Source of the DNA: Styela clava
Lineage: Eukaryota
Reading direction: 5' to 3'
Assembly (NCBI RefSeq): GCF_964204865.1
Contig: NC_135250.1
Span: forward strand, 8,866,001 to 8,930,000
DNA: 64,000 nucleotides
Positions 13,610-26,585 of this stretch are shown here, piece after piece. The notes under the pieces were generated by a model that worked only from the letters and a program-made list of their open reading frames with translations, made no database searches and had not been told where the DNA came from. The translations under genes and the position numbers were made by a program. Each line of letters starts with the position of its first letter. Position 1 is the first letter of the stretch.

Positions 13610-14525
13610 CAGTGGTTACCAACCTTCCTACCCTGGCGGACCGGTAAAATTAAATGTATTCGCGGACCGGCAAAAAACTGAAATCACCGGAACAGAAAAG
13701 AATAGCATATATTTGCGCAATGACATGCAGTGCTGGGCACCCATTATGCGTAAGAAATGCACGCATAAAACATCTCACATGAAAAACATGTACATGCCCA
13801 ATCATGTACAAACACAGTTAACTCTAGTGATAATTTTGCTGCTGTTTCGTTTCCAATATGGGGTTGCAAACGAGGCCTCAGAGAAGTTTCTGCAACACGT
13901 AGCTCTGCAGCGGCGTGCAGCCGATTTCTTTGCTTCGTTTTTATTAAAGCTAGTGATGAAATTTTTTTCTCATAACGCCGTAACTGGTTGAAAATGCGGA
14001 CAACAGTTTGATTGCTCGATTACTTAGCGAGGGTATTCGTTATCATTGTGACAGTGATTCTTTTCTAAATCTAGACTGTAAATTAAAATCACAATTTCAA
14101 TCAAGCGTTTTTGTTTTCATCGTATTCATCATATTAAAATCTGCAGTTGATCGACGCCTCAAACGAAATGGATTTACATTACAATGACAAAATCGTCGGT
14201 AACTTGACCCCATGCTCGAAGTCCTATATGTCAGCGGCCCATGCTTTTTTGCGCGTCTCGTGACCACCGCAGGGTGGAGCAACAAGTTCATATCTTACTA
14301 GAATCGGGGCCGAAAAAGCGAAAATTGTGATTACTCGGCGCCAAGATGCCGTGAAGGACATCGCCAAGACGTCGCAATATGACGCAATATGAGAAATTGC
14401 GTAATAAACCAACGCAACGTCGTCATCAAAGCGACTGAGACGGCATAAAGACAACAAAACAACGAAATTTCTCGCGGACCGGCAAAAAAGCTTGGCGGAC
14501 CGGCACCGGCGGTTGGGAACCACTG
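13610..14525. mobile_element. Non-autonomous hAT (Charlie-like) element
   Basis: TIRs CAGTGGTTACCAACC / GGTTGGGAACCACTG; 8-bp flanks ATTTATAC / CTTTATAC (7/8); repeated GCGGACCGG subterminal motifs. Its left end recurs inverted at about 54060-54163. Confidence 0.85.
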
Positions 14526-15827
14526 CTTTATACAGACAGTTGTGCGAGGAGGGTGGGTGGGTGTGGTAACAGGGGCAAGGGTGGTATGCACCATTCAAGG
14601 GTGAGTGTTTCTAGTAATATAAGGATATTGTAGCGTGAATGCGTTCCTACAGGTCTTGGTGAAATGCGTTGTAATAAATAAATTCTCTCAAGTTATTCGT
14701 TTTTCCAAGGTACTTTGTATTTTCTAGTTCTAAATACAGCCAAAAGAGACGAGGATCCACAAAACCTATCATGATCGCATTTCAGCCATCATAGTTTTCC
14801 AGAATTGGATAAATGCATTTTTCAATCATACTGTGGACCTTGGATTATTCCAAATAAAAAAAATTCAAATGGAACTCCTAAATATTCCTGCAATAAAAAC
14901 TATAAATAATTTTGAATCTTTTATACGATCCCTGGCTATAATGCACGCATATCACTATAAGGGCTCGTAACCATTTTTGATGACGCGGTTCTTTTCTGAT
15001 ATTGTTCTCTCAAAGTTCAAAACGATTGTCCAAAGATGTTTATTGTTGAATAATTTAGTCGAAAAGTTGGTGAAATAGTAATCAAACAGAAATCCGGTAA
15101 AATACAGTGCTATTACACAGGAGGGACCAATTATAACTATACAAATTTACACGTCCTACCTTCAAGCGACCCGCACCGAAGGGTCAAGGTTCAATGCCCA
15201 GAGTTACCGTTGCCAGTTTACAAACACAATAAGAGCGGTCACTGCTTAGAATCATGGACGCTACAGCAACATAGTTTTAAATGCGGTGCTATTTTATTTT
15301 CATAGTGTTTTGGTGTGCTGGCGCCTAGCAGTAAACCTGATAATACATACAGACATAAGTGCCACTTGATCTCACAAGTCACAATATAATTTTGATGTTT
15401 TGTTGGACATAGTAATGAGTGTGTGCTAGTGTACGTAATACAGCAGACTTCGCAATGTTTATATGCGGTTGTACTGAGCACTATAATTGTATAAAACAGT
15501 CCCCTATGTAGTTCTAGATTCGGCAATGTTTAAATGTGAGTTTGGGAAACATGATAATGCATATTTTCAAGTGTTCAGATGTGTGTCTAATGAACATGAA
15601 ATTCGTCAGAGTCTTAAAATTCTGACTCCGCTCATCTCTTGTAAGTACTTCTATGTAACTCCAACAGTGACTATGTCTGGGAGGGGTCACACTCACAGGT
15701 CACGAGATAAACAACAGCAACTAAAATTTCAAGCGAGCCACACGAATCCTCCAGGATTGGACATCCCTGTCCCAGGATTGGATCATCCCTTTCTAGAAAA
15801 CGTTCTTTTTTTTAGATGAAAATATTT

Positions 15828-16016
15828 GGGTGCTTCTGAAGTATGCGTACCAAGATGGCGGACACCGGGCGTATCATGTGTACCGGGTTAGGGTTAGGCC
15901 ATAATTTTATTCTAATTTTCCTTATTTTTTTTTTCCTTAGTTCGGGACTAGCCAAGTGACTACCGTAGTATTTGTATCTAAATTATGGTTTAACCTGGTA
16001 CACATACTACGTTCCG
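15828..16016. repeat. Truncated foldback/MITE family member containing GGGTTAGGGTTAGG
   Basis: Begins GGGTGCTTCTGAAGTATGCGTACCAAGATGGCG, matching the arm of the foldback at 35259-35368; internal inverted segment TGTGTACC(G/A)GGTTA. Confidence 0.6.
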
Positions 16017-17710
16017 GCAACAAATTCGCAGTTCTCATGGTCCAAAAACCAGTTTTACGTTGATCAGCAGGCCTGAAAATTCCCAATAAAAATTGCTCTG
16101 GATAGTTACAGCATTTTTCAACGCCGTCTCGATAAACATTTGTTGTGTGTGTGTGTTGTCAGGTTGCTCAATAGCTGCGTTTATGATTTGTTTGAATGAC
16201 CATACCTCACAATCAAGCGTATGCGTGTTAGAAGTTATTCTATGTTTACCTCCATATTGATATGTCGTACAAAGTTTTTTTCAGATATCAGTGCCGGGGA
16301 TAAAATGACATTTTTTATATCAGAATGGTAAATTGTAATTATAGTAGCTCTGTCTTTCGATTGCTACCGAAACTGCAAAATATACTGAAGTACTACTTCA
16401 GGAATTAATACCGAGATAATTTCTAATGTCCAGAACCACGTAACCCATTAATAAATGTAGATACGCATATAATTAAAGCTGTTTATTTTGATCCATACTC
16501 AATCTCTAGAATGAAATTTATTTCAGGTAAGATTGATTGCTTTTCACCAAATACTGAAAATCGAGACACAAATTGGTGAACATTAGTTTTGACCTTGTTT
16601 CAAGAACAAGCCGTAACAAATCATGATGGAAACATTATTTCTAATTGTACTGATAATGAATGGTGTTTCCCAATCTCTCATCGTTTGGGTTGTTTCGGGA
16701 AACCACTTGAACTTGTGTATGACTCCCTCGTTTACGTTATGTTGAATATAACTGCTTCTGTTGCCTCTCATTCGAATCGCATTCCGAGGAAATTTGTATT
16801 TATTTTGCGCACTCAAGAAGGGTTTCATCGGCAGTTTTGTTTATGCAACACAATTTTACTTTGTAAAGTTAGCTTGCGTTTATATGAGATCATTTCGTTT
16901 CTTCGTCAAACAATTTTCTTAGTTCCGTTATATAAGAATGGTTAATATAGTATGTAAGTAGGTAGGTATTTCGAATCAAAGTCCCGAAATGGGACACGAG
17001 AGTAAGATACCCATTTCTGAAGACATTCACTTCGGCGGAAACGCGAAATATATTGCAAATATCGAGGGAATACCCCAGACTGACTGCCTGCCAGATATAA
17101 GCCCAGTTTTGGAAACTACCTCAAAATTCAGTAGCGCGTTGGTGTAAAGGCAGGTAAGGTATGCTTTTTATGTCGATTATCCGACCCGGGGCGTAATAAA
17201 TTTGGTAGAGTTAAACGTTTCCGATGAGAAATCAGAATGGTGTTCAAGTCAGTTTGAATAAAAAGCTGGTTCTTTCACTCTCACACGGACAAAAATATGA
17301 ACTCGTATACACACAAATCGGAATGTACTGTTTGTTTGCGTAATGTTGCGAACGGGTCAGTCATATTACGCTTTATTTAATTTCCGCTTGGTTGACCACC
17401 ACTTCAAAACGATGAAAACCAGTTTCCGGATACCTAGCCAACATTCATGTTAGTCGCAACGAAAAGAGAATATCGATAACGACGGAAGATTTGGGGTGAT
17501 CTCCCCTGGCTGTCGTGCACAGTTGCTTATCATCAAAAAGTTGTAAAACAACGAAAGTTATAATTCCCTAGCAGTTCTCTATAATCTCAGTTCTCTATAT
17601 AAGATGGATTTCGAGATGCTAGAAACCAGTATGATTGAATTTGCGAAACTTGAATGGTTAACATCGTACGATATAAAAGATCTCCATCTTGGCAACTCTG
17701 AATAAATAAA

Positions 17711-18733
17711 ATGTCAAAGGTAAGTTTGCTTTACTTGAATTTAAAAATTCTCGGAAGAATACTATAGAGCAAAATTTATAGACTTTTGAATCAAGATCGC
17801 TAAAATAGTCATGCAGGCCAAATAGAGGCTATGCGATGTGAGTTGCCAGTAGATCTAACTACTTATAGAAGTACCAGTAGACACTTTTGCATTCTATTAG
17901 ATGGGAGTAAAAAAAATCCTGGAACTTTTTTAGGGTATTCACTATGATTTGTTATATCAGTCTATGAACAAAATAAATTAAAAAATAAATTTTCTTTAAT
18001 TTATTTTAATGTGGTAATCTGGTAAATATTTCTAACATTAAATCATAATAATCTTGTTTTAGGTAACATGTATAATTCAACTGCTTTTTATCACAATCGT
18101 AGCGGTCTCCGTCCAAGATGTTACATGTTGGGATCCATTGTAAGAAATTATATTATTTTGAGAAACTAGTTCTTGTGTAGAACAAAATATCGTGCGGATA
18201 GCCTATATATCTATTCATATTAGAGAAGAGTTTACAAAATCTGGCTTTAGATTTGAATGTATTTTCGCCATTTTGTTTCTTTAGTTGCCATGCGGATTTT
18301 AACAACCCAAATCAAGTTTGGATTTTCATTTGGTTTATGTTATGCGAGTACACCATAAAGGTTTTGCTGATATTTGTCAAGAGCCCGAATAATCAAAACT
18401 TAGCCTACATTCATGATCATGTTATTCAGTTCAGATGAATCATTGCTTTTTGGCTGTCACATTAAGAAAGAAAGCGAAGTCGCCTTAAACCTGAACTCGT
18501 TCGAACCAAAGTTGGAAATAAAAGTTGAATGCAAAGAAGGGATCGAATTTACTACTTTCATGTGTCTGCAGTTTTGCTACGATCCAGTCAATCAAAATTC
18601 TCCCAGATCGATTCCAGGCAAAGTCCTCAGAAACAAAGATTTGTTTGAGCAAAAAACGTTTAATACAACGACTCATAAACAAAGAAGAATAAAAGTTACC
18701 TATGGATGTAGATGTGTGTTGGAAGATAAATAG
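17711..18733 (+). CDS. Secreted IL-17-like cystine-knot protein 1, 129 aa
   Basis: join(17711..17719,18063..18139,18430..18733); phases 0 and 2. Signal peptide MSKVTCIIQLLFITIVAVSVQDVTC, then WDPF...FGC-x24-C-x10-C-x3-C-x43-CRCV. The gene model is strongly supported by two paralogs; the family call is an inference from P-x7-C and VTYGCRCV. Confidence 0.8.
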
Positions 18734-18787
18734 GCTTTTAAAGACCAACATACAATGTCCAATAATACTTCGCTATTTCTGCTGTCC

Positions 18788-18835
18788 TATTTATTTATTT
18801 ATTGCAACATAATTTAATTTATTATCGTATTTATA
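18788..18835 (+). promoter_or_regulatory. AU-rich element cluster in 3' UTR of IL-17-like 1
   Basis: Overlapping ATTTA pentamers (TATTTATTTATTTATT) about 55 nt after the stop; also present in paralogs 2 and 3. The AT-rich background weakens the signal. Confidence 0.5.
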
Positions 18836-19606
18836 ACATTTGCCAACTACATTATTTACTATTTTCCTACTTGAACAATCATGTTTGTTCACAATTAATT
18901 ATTTTTTGGGTATGCAATGAATATAGGTAATTATGGCTGCGTGTTAGTTATATGGTCCATCAATGTCTCTTCTCTACATGAGTACACAAACAGATGCGTC
19001 TCGGTGAACCAAAGTAAAAGTTCATTCCCTGGGTCAATTAAGCGCCATCATAACATGCTGTGAATCAAGTGCCATGCTAACGGGTATTCTGAGTTCTTGT
19101 CATGCCTAGATGGTTATGTGATCAATACTTCGTCACGGCTAATTAAATATATAGGTAGATTGTGGGAATCTTAAAAGAGAATATTTGAGCCAGACTAAAA
19201 GTTCAGTTTCATCAAATTTCATAATATTCAAATCCTCCTCTTTATAAATTGAAAATAGATTGCTCATTAGTCAGAAAATGGCGTCATATATTCTGATATT
19301 ATTTGAAAAATCCTCGAATGTATAAATCCCAATTTCATATTGGATTAACCTCATGGACTATGTGAATCTTTGATTAGAATAGTGTAAGAAATAATGAATA
19401 TTTTTATAGATCCGACTTTTATTATTAGATCGTGCCTATACGTTCATATTTAGACAGGGGCTTTATAGAAAAGAATTATTCATTTTACTAAACGATGTTA
19501 CCAAGAGTCACTTTCCATTTTTCTATTTAATTTACGCATACCTTATAAATACTAACCAACACAGATCCATTTTGATATCATTATAGACTATAGAGACTGG
19601 GGTCAT

Positions 19607-20126
19607 CAGTGGCGTAGCATCCACCCCCGCAACCTCCGCGGTCGCGGGAGGGCCCACATCGCAAAGGGGCCCATGCGGTTAGAATTTAGAAATTGAAGCC
19701 GCAAAACCAAAAGCTGCATTGCAAAACCATTGATGCACATCTTATAACGTTGATGTTAGTTCTGCTCAAATCGTTTTGTCACGTAACAATGCCAGGGAGT
19801 CGTCGATTTTCGGCATGTTGCGGTTTGATCGCACCGGCAAAATTACGAAGGCTGTCTGAATGATGTCGAAAGCAAAACCTCTCAGTGGCGCACAGAAACG
19901 CAGAAAAGGGGCAGAAGAGGAAGCACGTATGAAAAAATTTAAGTAACCAATAAGTAACCAAGATAAACGGCAAATTTTAGGTTTTTTAATAGCGACATGT
20001 TATGCTTTTTGACGAAATGAAAAAAGCGTTGTTTTAGCCTATGTCCGAGAGTTTTTTGGGTCATTTCCACGAAATATTTTTGCGGGGGGGGGGGGGGGGG
20101 GGCACGAGAGTCTTGCTACGCCACTG
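19607..20126. mobile_element. hAT MITE, 520 bp
   Basis: Perfect 13-bp TIR CAGTGGCGTAGCA; perfect 8-bp TSD GGGGTCAT; absent at the paralogous site near 30610. Confidence 0.93.
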
Positions 20127-20330
20127 GGGGTCATGAGCGCGAAATCCCATTCTCCAATAATAACAACAACGGAATATGCCATTGTATTTCCTCACTCTTT
20201 CGTTTGGCTAGTCGAATACGAAACATACTAGGAAGTAGTTGTCAGAAAATTGGAAAAAATAAAAAAACTTCGAAGGAAACAAATCTGGCTCTCGATTATA
20301 ATTAATCATCTATTTATACAATGAAGTAGT

Positions 20331-20597
20331 TATTATTTATCGATTTTAATCGGTAAGTATGTTGATAGGTATTTGTCTACTTGATAGGTATATTTAATCT
20401 ACTCCAGATTTTGCATATGCATTCATCATATGTCGTACCAGAAGCCTATTGATTTTGGATAAATTATGTCAAATAATTAGCGAGTTATCAATTAATTAGT
20501 GATGGGACACAAGGTGTCACTATGGAGTAAGAGCGCTGTTTTGGGGGATCCCCTAACTTTCGATCGATAAGTCTTTGGTCTCTCACCGATTTCTCGT
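20331..20597 (-). mobile_element. Helentron-associated (HINE/pearl-like) short insertion
   Basis: Absent from the paralogous site near 30785. Minus strand starts ACGAGAAATCGGT, has an internal GGGGATCCCC palindrome and ends in hairpin TTACCGAT-TAAA-ATCGATAA; no TSD. Superfamily is inferred. Confidence 0.5.
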
Positions 20598-20866
20598 AAT
20601 ATATCGCACTGTCACTGATTTAACTCCTATTCATTTTTGTGCTTTCAAGAACGTCGTAAAACTGCAGGGCATATTTCGGGTGCACATATCGGGACTCAAC
20701 ACATGGAAAACTTCAAATTAAATTTGTGATGTTACTTTAAACAAAACTTTTACGTGTCAAAATAACATCGGAATATAAGTTTACTAAAGAATTAGATATC
20801 AACGTCATTTACAGCTACATCTGTTGTACATCTGGGAAATGTATAAATGATAAGTGATTTCATGAC

Positions 20867-21177
20867 CCCTTGCATAGTATTATTATCTAAATTTTTAGGA
20901 TTTATTTCGCACCTATACATTTCCCCTAAATTTTCGTTATTGATTACGTAAACATCTATAGCTATGCGTGCTCAAACGTCATGACATGGACTGACGTCAT
21001 AGTATAATAACGGGTTCCCCTTGAATAGTATCATGATCTAAATTTTTATGATTTATTTAGCACCTATACATTTCCCTAATTTTTCAATATTAATTACGTA
21101 AACAAATATATCTATGGGTGCTCAAACTGCATGACATCATTCTATTGACTGACGTCATAGTATAACGATGAGTTCTC
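20867..21177 (+). repeat. Local tandem duplication of about 150 bp carrying TTACGTAA and TGACGTCA
   Basis: Two diverged units (20867-21017, 21018-21177); single copy in unit B (31141-31300). Confidence 0.8.
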
Positions 21178-21899
21178 ATTTTCGTCACAACAATAGAAAA
21201 ATCGTGTTGTGTGTGAAGCATAAGCGGAAGTGTTGTCAAATGACCAGGTTTAACTTCAAAGCAAATCAAGCTAGCTGTCGGTTGAAATAAATTGTAGAAT
21301 TGCACAATTAGGTTAATATTTAAAATACATCACCCTGCGGACACAATGAATAGATGTGTTTTCTGTTACAACATTCCTCTTTTCGTCTCTGTTATTGTAA
21401 TGAATGGTGATATTTATATCAGGCGCAGATTAGTTATTAGCATTAATATCCTGCAGTTCGAAGTTTTTACAGTCTATTATTTGAAGGCTAGCGTCAGAAA
21501 ATCATAAACTTACTTAAAAAATTGATAACAACATCGTTTTCAACTACTATAAATAAACAAACGAAATAGTACTTGTTGTGTAATTAATTGGTATAAAATG
21601 TTCACGGTGCCTGCATTGAAGTGTAGTTTTTTATATCTTTACATTCCGAACACAATTATTTCAATCTATGATTCTCATTCAGGATTCGAAATATAAAAAA
21701 TTGGGATCCGGGATGAACAAGGAAAGTTGAATTTTTTGCCAAGTCACGATTTTTTCGATGAGTTCGAAGAGTATGGCGCTTAGTATTTTATTAGCAAATG
21801 ACTTTTTTTTAGTCATTATCAAGTGTTTATGTTAATAACAATCAAATACATTTTTTTGTTCAACTACTAAACGAATAAGGTGTTCTAAGTATAATGTGA

Positions 21900-22210
21900 G
21901 ATTTTTTTATCGAGAAATATCATGATATAGTTGTCATAAACTAAACATATCAATCCAATTGGTAATATAAAACTGGGTGTCTATTGCATTACATGAATAA
22001 GAGGCATTTTGGCGATCTATAATCAGAACGGTGATTTCTGACAGATAAGGAGTTTTGTGAGGGGAATAACCTGGTAAACGGGACATATATGTGTTCCTCG
22101 ACATTCCGCGATTTCACGATTTTATCAGAATGGTGATTTTCGACGAATCGGGGGTTAGGTGCGGGGAAGAATAAATTTATTATCTTTTGGTATGTCCCTA
22201 TTGTTTAGAT
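21900..22210 (+). pseudogene. Candidate decayed cystine-knot (IL-17/Trunk-like) exon, unit A copy
   Basis: Homologous to 24620-24935 and 31750-32105; KTGCLLHY...IIRTVIS...FCEGNNLVNGTYMCSSTF with stops and frameshifts. Confidence 0.3.
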
Positions 22211-22601
22211 AAAAATGTGAAAAGAAAGGAAAATAAACTGGTTATGGTAAAATCATGATTGATAAATTACCCTTTCCAATTGGACTTAATTTAGGGCTTT
22301 AGGCTATAAAACTGTACCATCGCTTCATTCCGCTGACAGCCAATCAGGTTTTCTTCCTGCAAAAATGCCTTTTTTAATTTTGTCTTTTAAATGTAATGTA
22401 CATCTCCCCCCAAATTATTACCAAACTAAAACAGCCATTTTACCATAAGTTATATACATATCTATAATAACGATGATGATAAAATATGTCAAAATATTGA
22501 TTCGGTTCAATTCTTTTTCAACAGTCAACACCTGTTATTATTAGCACACAACCTATGACTTCAAATTTGTCCTATATTATATGTAGTAAAGTGAAAGTAT
22601 C

Positions 22602-22980
22602 CTAAATAAAGAACGGACGACGTGGCTTAACACAACTACATTGTTGTAATTTTGCGTCGCTTACGTTCAGATTGCTCAGCGGTATTTTCATTCATGAAGC
22701 ATAAAAGGAATATATCATGAGACTCAATGGCCCAAAAATAATATGCTTGACATAGTTGAACCCATAATTCGAGGGAGATAAATTGACAGCATAAATTCAA
22801 TCGTTTGCGAAAACTTTCCCACACGAAAAAATGTCAAGTAACGTCATAGATCCTGAAAATTCTTGAAATTTTCTCTTTGTTATAGCCTTCTTAATTTTAT
22901 TTTAAATTTGAAAAATGAGACAACAGAACTAACTCTGTGCGATGATGTGCGGAACTCCTTCGGGGTGAGAACACACTTGT
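22602..22980 (-). pseudogene. Candidate decayed IL-17-like exon, unit A copy
   Basis: Acceptor, then QVCSHPEGVPHIIAQ...; ends QCSCVKPRRPFFI*. Homologs at 25330-25641 and 32440-32610; multiple disablements. Confidence 0.3.
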
Positions 22981-24348
22981 CTAAAAAATCCAAATAAATG
23001 AATGAAATAATTAAATACGATTTCAACATTGCGTAACATTCGATTATGATGTCAACAGTATGTTGGCATCGGTCGTTAGATTTGAGGAAGAAAATGGCTG
23101 CTATCAAATTAAATAAATAGTCAACATTACGTAATTACTTTGTCTTAGCCTTTAGACCATATTCATTACATCACAGTCACAATTCTCAGTACTGTAGACT
23201 CAAATATTTTAGGGAATTGTCTATGCAATTTTCACAAACTGGTTGATGGGAATGGACTACTGTAAGGATGAATTCGATTTATTTGATTTGTTTCAAATTA
23301 CGTAATCAACTTACCATTTTAATGTTTGCCGTTACTTACTAAAGTTGTTCCCCTTTCCTGAACTCACGAAAAAAGTCTTCCGCGGTTGGTAGTCCTGTCA
23401 TTTTCTGAATTTATGTGTTCAGGACAGGATAACAAGTGGGGTAAAAATATCCGACCTTACTGTAAGATGTTTTAACCATTGAATGGGGGTTTTCAATCAG
23501 AACAATACTGAACAACGACCACCACCCCAAGTTATAGCAATGTATTAAATATTCATGGTGCAAGTATTTATTAGAAAACGAAAACGAATTCATAAAAAAA
23601 ATGTTTTCAAATAAATATAAATGAATAAAAAACCAGAATCAAGAGAATGTATGAAAGTATTTTCAAATATTTAAATAAACACTTTATATATATTTTACAT
23701 TTATATGACGTGTATGATTTTGTATAATAAGACAGGGCGAAGCATAACCATTGATAACTCAAGTTAAATCGAGGTTATTTTACTAAAGCAAATTTGGAAT
23801 TGCTTGAAATGTCTACTTGAAAAAAATTCCAAGTGTAGAGTTTTTAATCACCACATCAGTGTCAGCAACATGAATTTAAGCGTTTTAGCAGGGTTAAGCT
23901 AAAAATGAAATTAATATTAAATTTCATAGTGACACATAAAAAAGACCGAAAATATATTTTCTGAGGAATTAAAATGCAATGAACAACAAAGTTTTTTGCA
24001 ACCATATCTTACGTTTATTCCTCTCTACTTTCCACCAAACAAAACAAAAGTTTTTTTTCTGACAAATCAACATTTTTAAATACTTTTCTTGGTTATAAAT
24101 TTGGCTACCCTTCTTGCTGGAAAGGGTTAAAACGTTTATTATTATCATTCTTGCATTCATTATATCTGTCAGTAATAATTAACACCCATAAAATATCCCC
24201 ACAGCTGATGCGGGTTGTTTTGAATTCCGTGCTTACTCGAGTGCAAACAGGTAAATGCAGCCGAGATATCCTGCAAAAGTCGGGATCAATATTTACATTA
24301 CCTAAGCCAGCTTATAAGCGTATGGGCTGTCTATCTAACCTTGAATGT

Positions 24349-26490
24349 TCACGGCTAATTAAATATATAGGTAGATCGGTGGGAATCTTAAAAGAGAATA
24401 TCTAAAAGTTCAGTTTCATCAAATTTCATAATATTCAAATCCTCCTCTTTATAAATTGAAAATAGATTGCTCTTTAGTCAGAAAATTGCGTGACATATTC
24501 TGATATTGTACGAAAAATTCTCTAATATATAAATCCCAATCTTATATTAGATTAACCACATGGAACATACCAAATAATTACAGTCTACTTGGCATCATGT
24601 GAAATTGCTTTACCGCCAAACATCATGATATGGTTGTCATAAAAAAGTATATCAACCCAATTGGTAATACAGAGCTAAGTGAAAAGCATTTTTGCCCAGC
24701 TATTAAAAAACGGTGATTTCTGACAAATATAGAGTGTTGTGAGGGGAATAACCTGGTAAACGTGACATATGACGTGTTCCTCGACATTCCGTGATTTCAC
24801 GAATTTATCAGAATGGTGATTTTCGACGAATCGGGGGTTAGCTGCGGGGAAGAACCTGGTTATCGTTACGGTTACATCCGTCGAGGTCCAATAAGTTATA
24901 TTATCCTTTGTTATGTTCTATCCCTCTGTTTAGATAGAAACATTAATTTAAAAAAAATAAACTGGTTATGGTATAACCATGAGTGATGAATTACACCTTG
25001 TAATCGAACTTCAATAAGGCTGTTGAACTGTACGATCGCTCAATTTTACTGACGTTCAATCAGGTTTTCTTCCTGCGAAAATGCCTTGTTTATTTTGGCT
25101 TTAAAATGTAGTGTACATCTCCTCCCAATTTATCACCAAACTAAAATAGCATAATTCACCCTAAGTTATATATACATATTTATTTAACGATGATGATGAA
25201 ATATGTCAAAATATTTATTTGTTTTTCACTTCATTTTGAATAGTTAACTCTTGCACAGTCAACACCAAACAACCTATCACTCCAAATTCGTCCCATACTA
25301 TATATAGTAAAGTGAAAGTATCTTGAATAAAAAATGAACGACGTGGTATACCATAACTACATTGCGACTCTTACATTCAAATTAATCAGCGGTATTTTTA
25401 TTCATAAAGCACTAAAGAAATGTACCATAATACTCAATGGCCCAATAATACTATATTTTGAACAGAACACTTTTCTACATGAAAAAATATCAAGTAACGT
25501 CATAGACTCTGAAAATTCTTGAAAGTTTCCGTTCTCTTTTGTTAAAGCTTCTTTAATTACCTTTAAATTTCAAAAATAATACAACAGAACTGGCTTTGTG
25601 TGATGAAGTGCGAAACTCATTCTGGGTTAGAACAAACTTGTCTAAAAAATCAGAATAAAAAAAAAATAAATTAAATACGATTTCGACATTGCAAAATTAT
25701 TCGATTATTATTTTTACAGTATGTTGACATCAGTCGTTATATTTGAGGAAGAAAATGGCTGCTATCAAATTAAATAAATAGGCAACATTACGTTATTACA
25801 TTGTCTTAGAATTAGTGTAAGATGGTTTACCCATTGAATGGGGATTTTCAATTAGAACGATACTGAACAACAAACACCCAATTTTTTGCAATGAAGTAAA
25901 TATTCATAGTGCAGGGATTCATTAGAGAAACGAAAACGAATTCATAAAAAAATTAGTTCGAATGAATAACAATAATTTAAAAAACGAGAATAAAGAGAAT
26001 GTATGAAAGTATATTCAAATATATATTTAAGTAAACACTATGTTGCGCTTATTCTTCTCTACTTTCCATCAGACAAATCAACATTTTTAAATATTTTTCT
26101 TGGTTATAAATTTGGCTACCCTTCTTGCTGGATAGGGTTAAAACATTTATTATCATCATTCTTGCATTCATTATAACTGTCAGTAATAATTAATACCCAT
26201 AATATATCCCCACAGCTGATGCGGGTTGGTTTGAGTTTCGTGCTTACTCGAGTGCAAACAGGTAAATGTAGCCGAGATATCCTGCAAAAGTCGAGATCAA
26301 TATTTACATTACCTTAATCAGCATAAAAACGTATGGGCTGTCTGTTTAACCTGGAATTTTGACAGTTGCGATGAATCTCCGATTTTCTCGCGCACTCTTT
26401 TCTGAAGCGCCTTCTGCTTTCGGTCCATCGACATGCATACCGGCTATATGCACAAAATCACACCCGAACTAATATTTGCTCTATCCCAAA
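24349..26490 (+). repeat. Partial tandem copy A' of 19133-24346 with internal deletions
   Basis: Junction TCACGGCTAATTAAATATATAGGTAGAT matches 19133; blocks match about 19133-19355, 21915-23145, 23460-23680 and 24010-24345. Confidence 0.88.
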
Positions 26491-26491
26491 A

Positions 26492-26585
26492 CAGGGGTGT
26501 ACAACCCTCGGCCCGCAAGGAAAAATTGTGCAGCCTGCGGAAACGTGCCAATTCTGAATTGTGTGTAGCCTGCGAAGCGAGGTTT
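26492..26585 (+). mobile_element. hAT MITE left end (right end not identified)
   Basis: CAGGGGTGTACAACC..CGGCCCGC terminus that interrupts homology with 34170; similar terminus at 54172. Confidence 0.55.

Larger units (their letters stand above)
16365..24346 (+). repeat. Segmental duplication unit A
   Basis: Collinear with 27665-34170 (TACCGAAACTGCAAAATATA at both starts; shared gene, introns and intergenic blocks). Confidence 0.9.

Noticed and set aside
13500-14598. 163-aa and 124-aa ORFs
   Set aside because: They run through a MITE and its TIRs, with no protein-like features.
15181-15193. Nuclear-receptor DR1-like site GGGTCA-A-GGTTCA
   Set aside because: A single site with no conservation evidence; plausible by chance in 64 kb.
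15885-15900. TTAGGG telomere-like repeats (also 35318, 41181)
   Set aside because: At most two units, internal to MITEs; not telomeric arrays.
18413-18429. ATG starts of the 106-aa ORFs (also 29659)
   Set aside because: Intronic; splicing at TTCAG joins a signal-peptide exon in all three paralogs.
18430-18733. Calling the secreted proteins GPA2/GPB5, VEGF/PDGF or neurotrophin orthologs
   Set aside because: Local similarity exists (GCH, C-x24-C, CxxxC), but the CxGxC glycine, Cys IV and other family-defining cysteines are absent.
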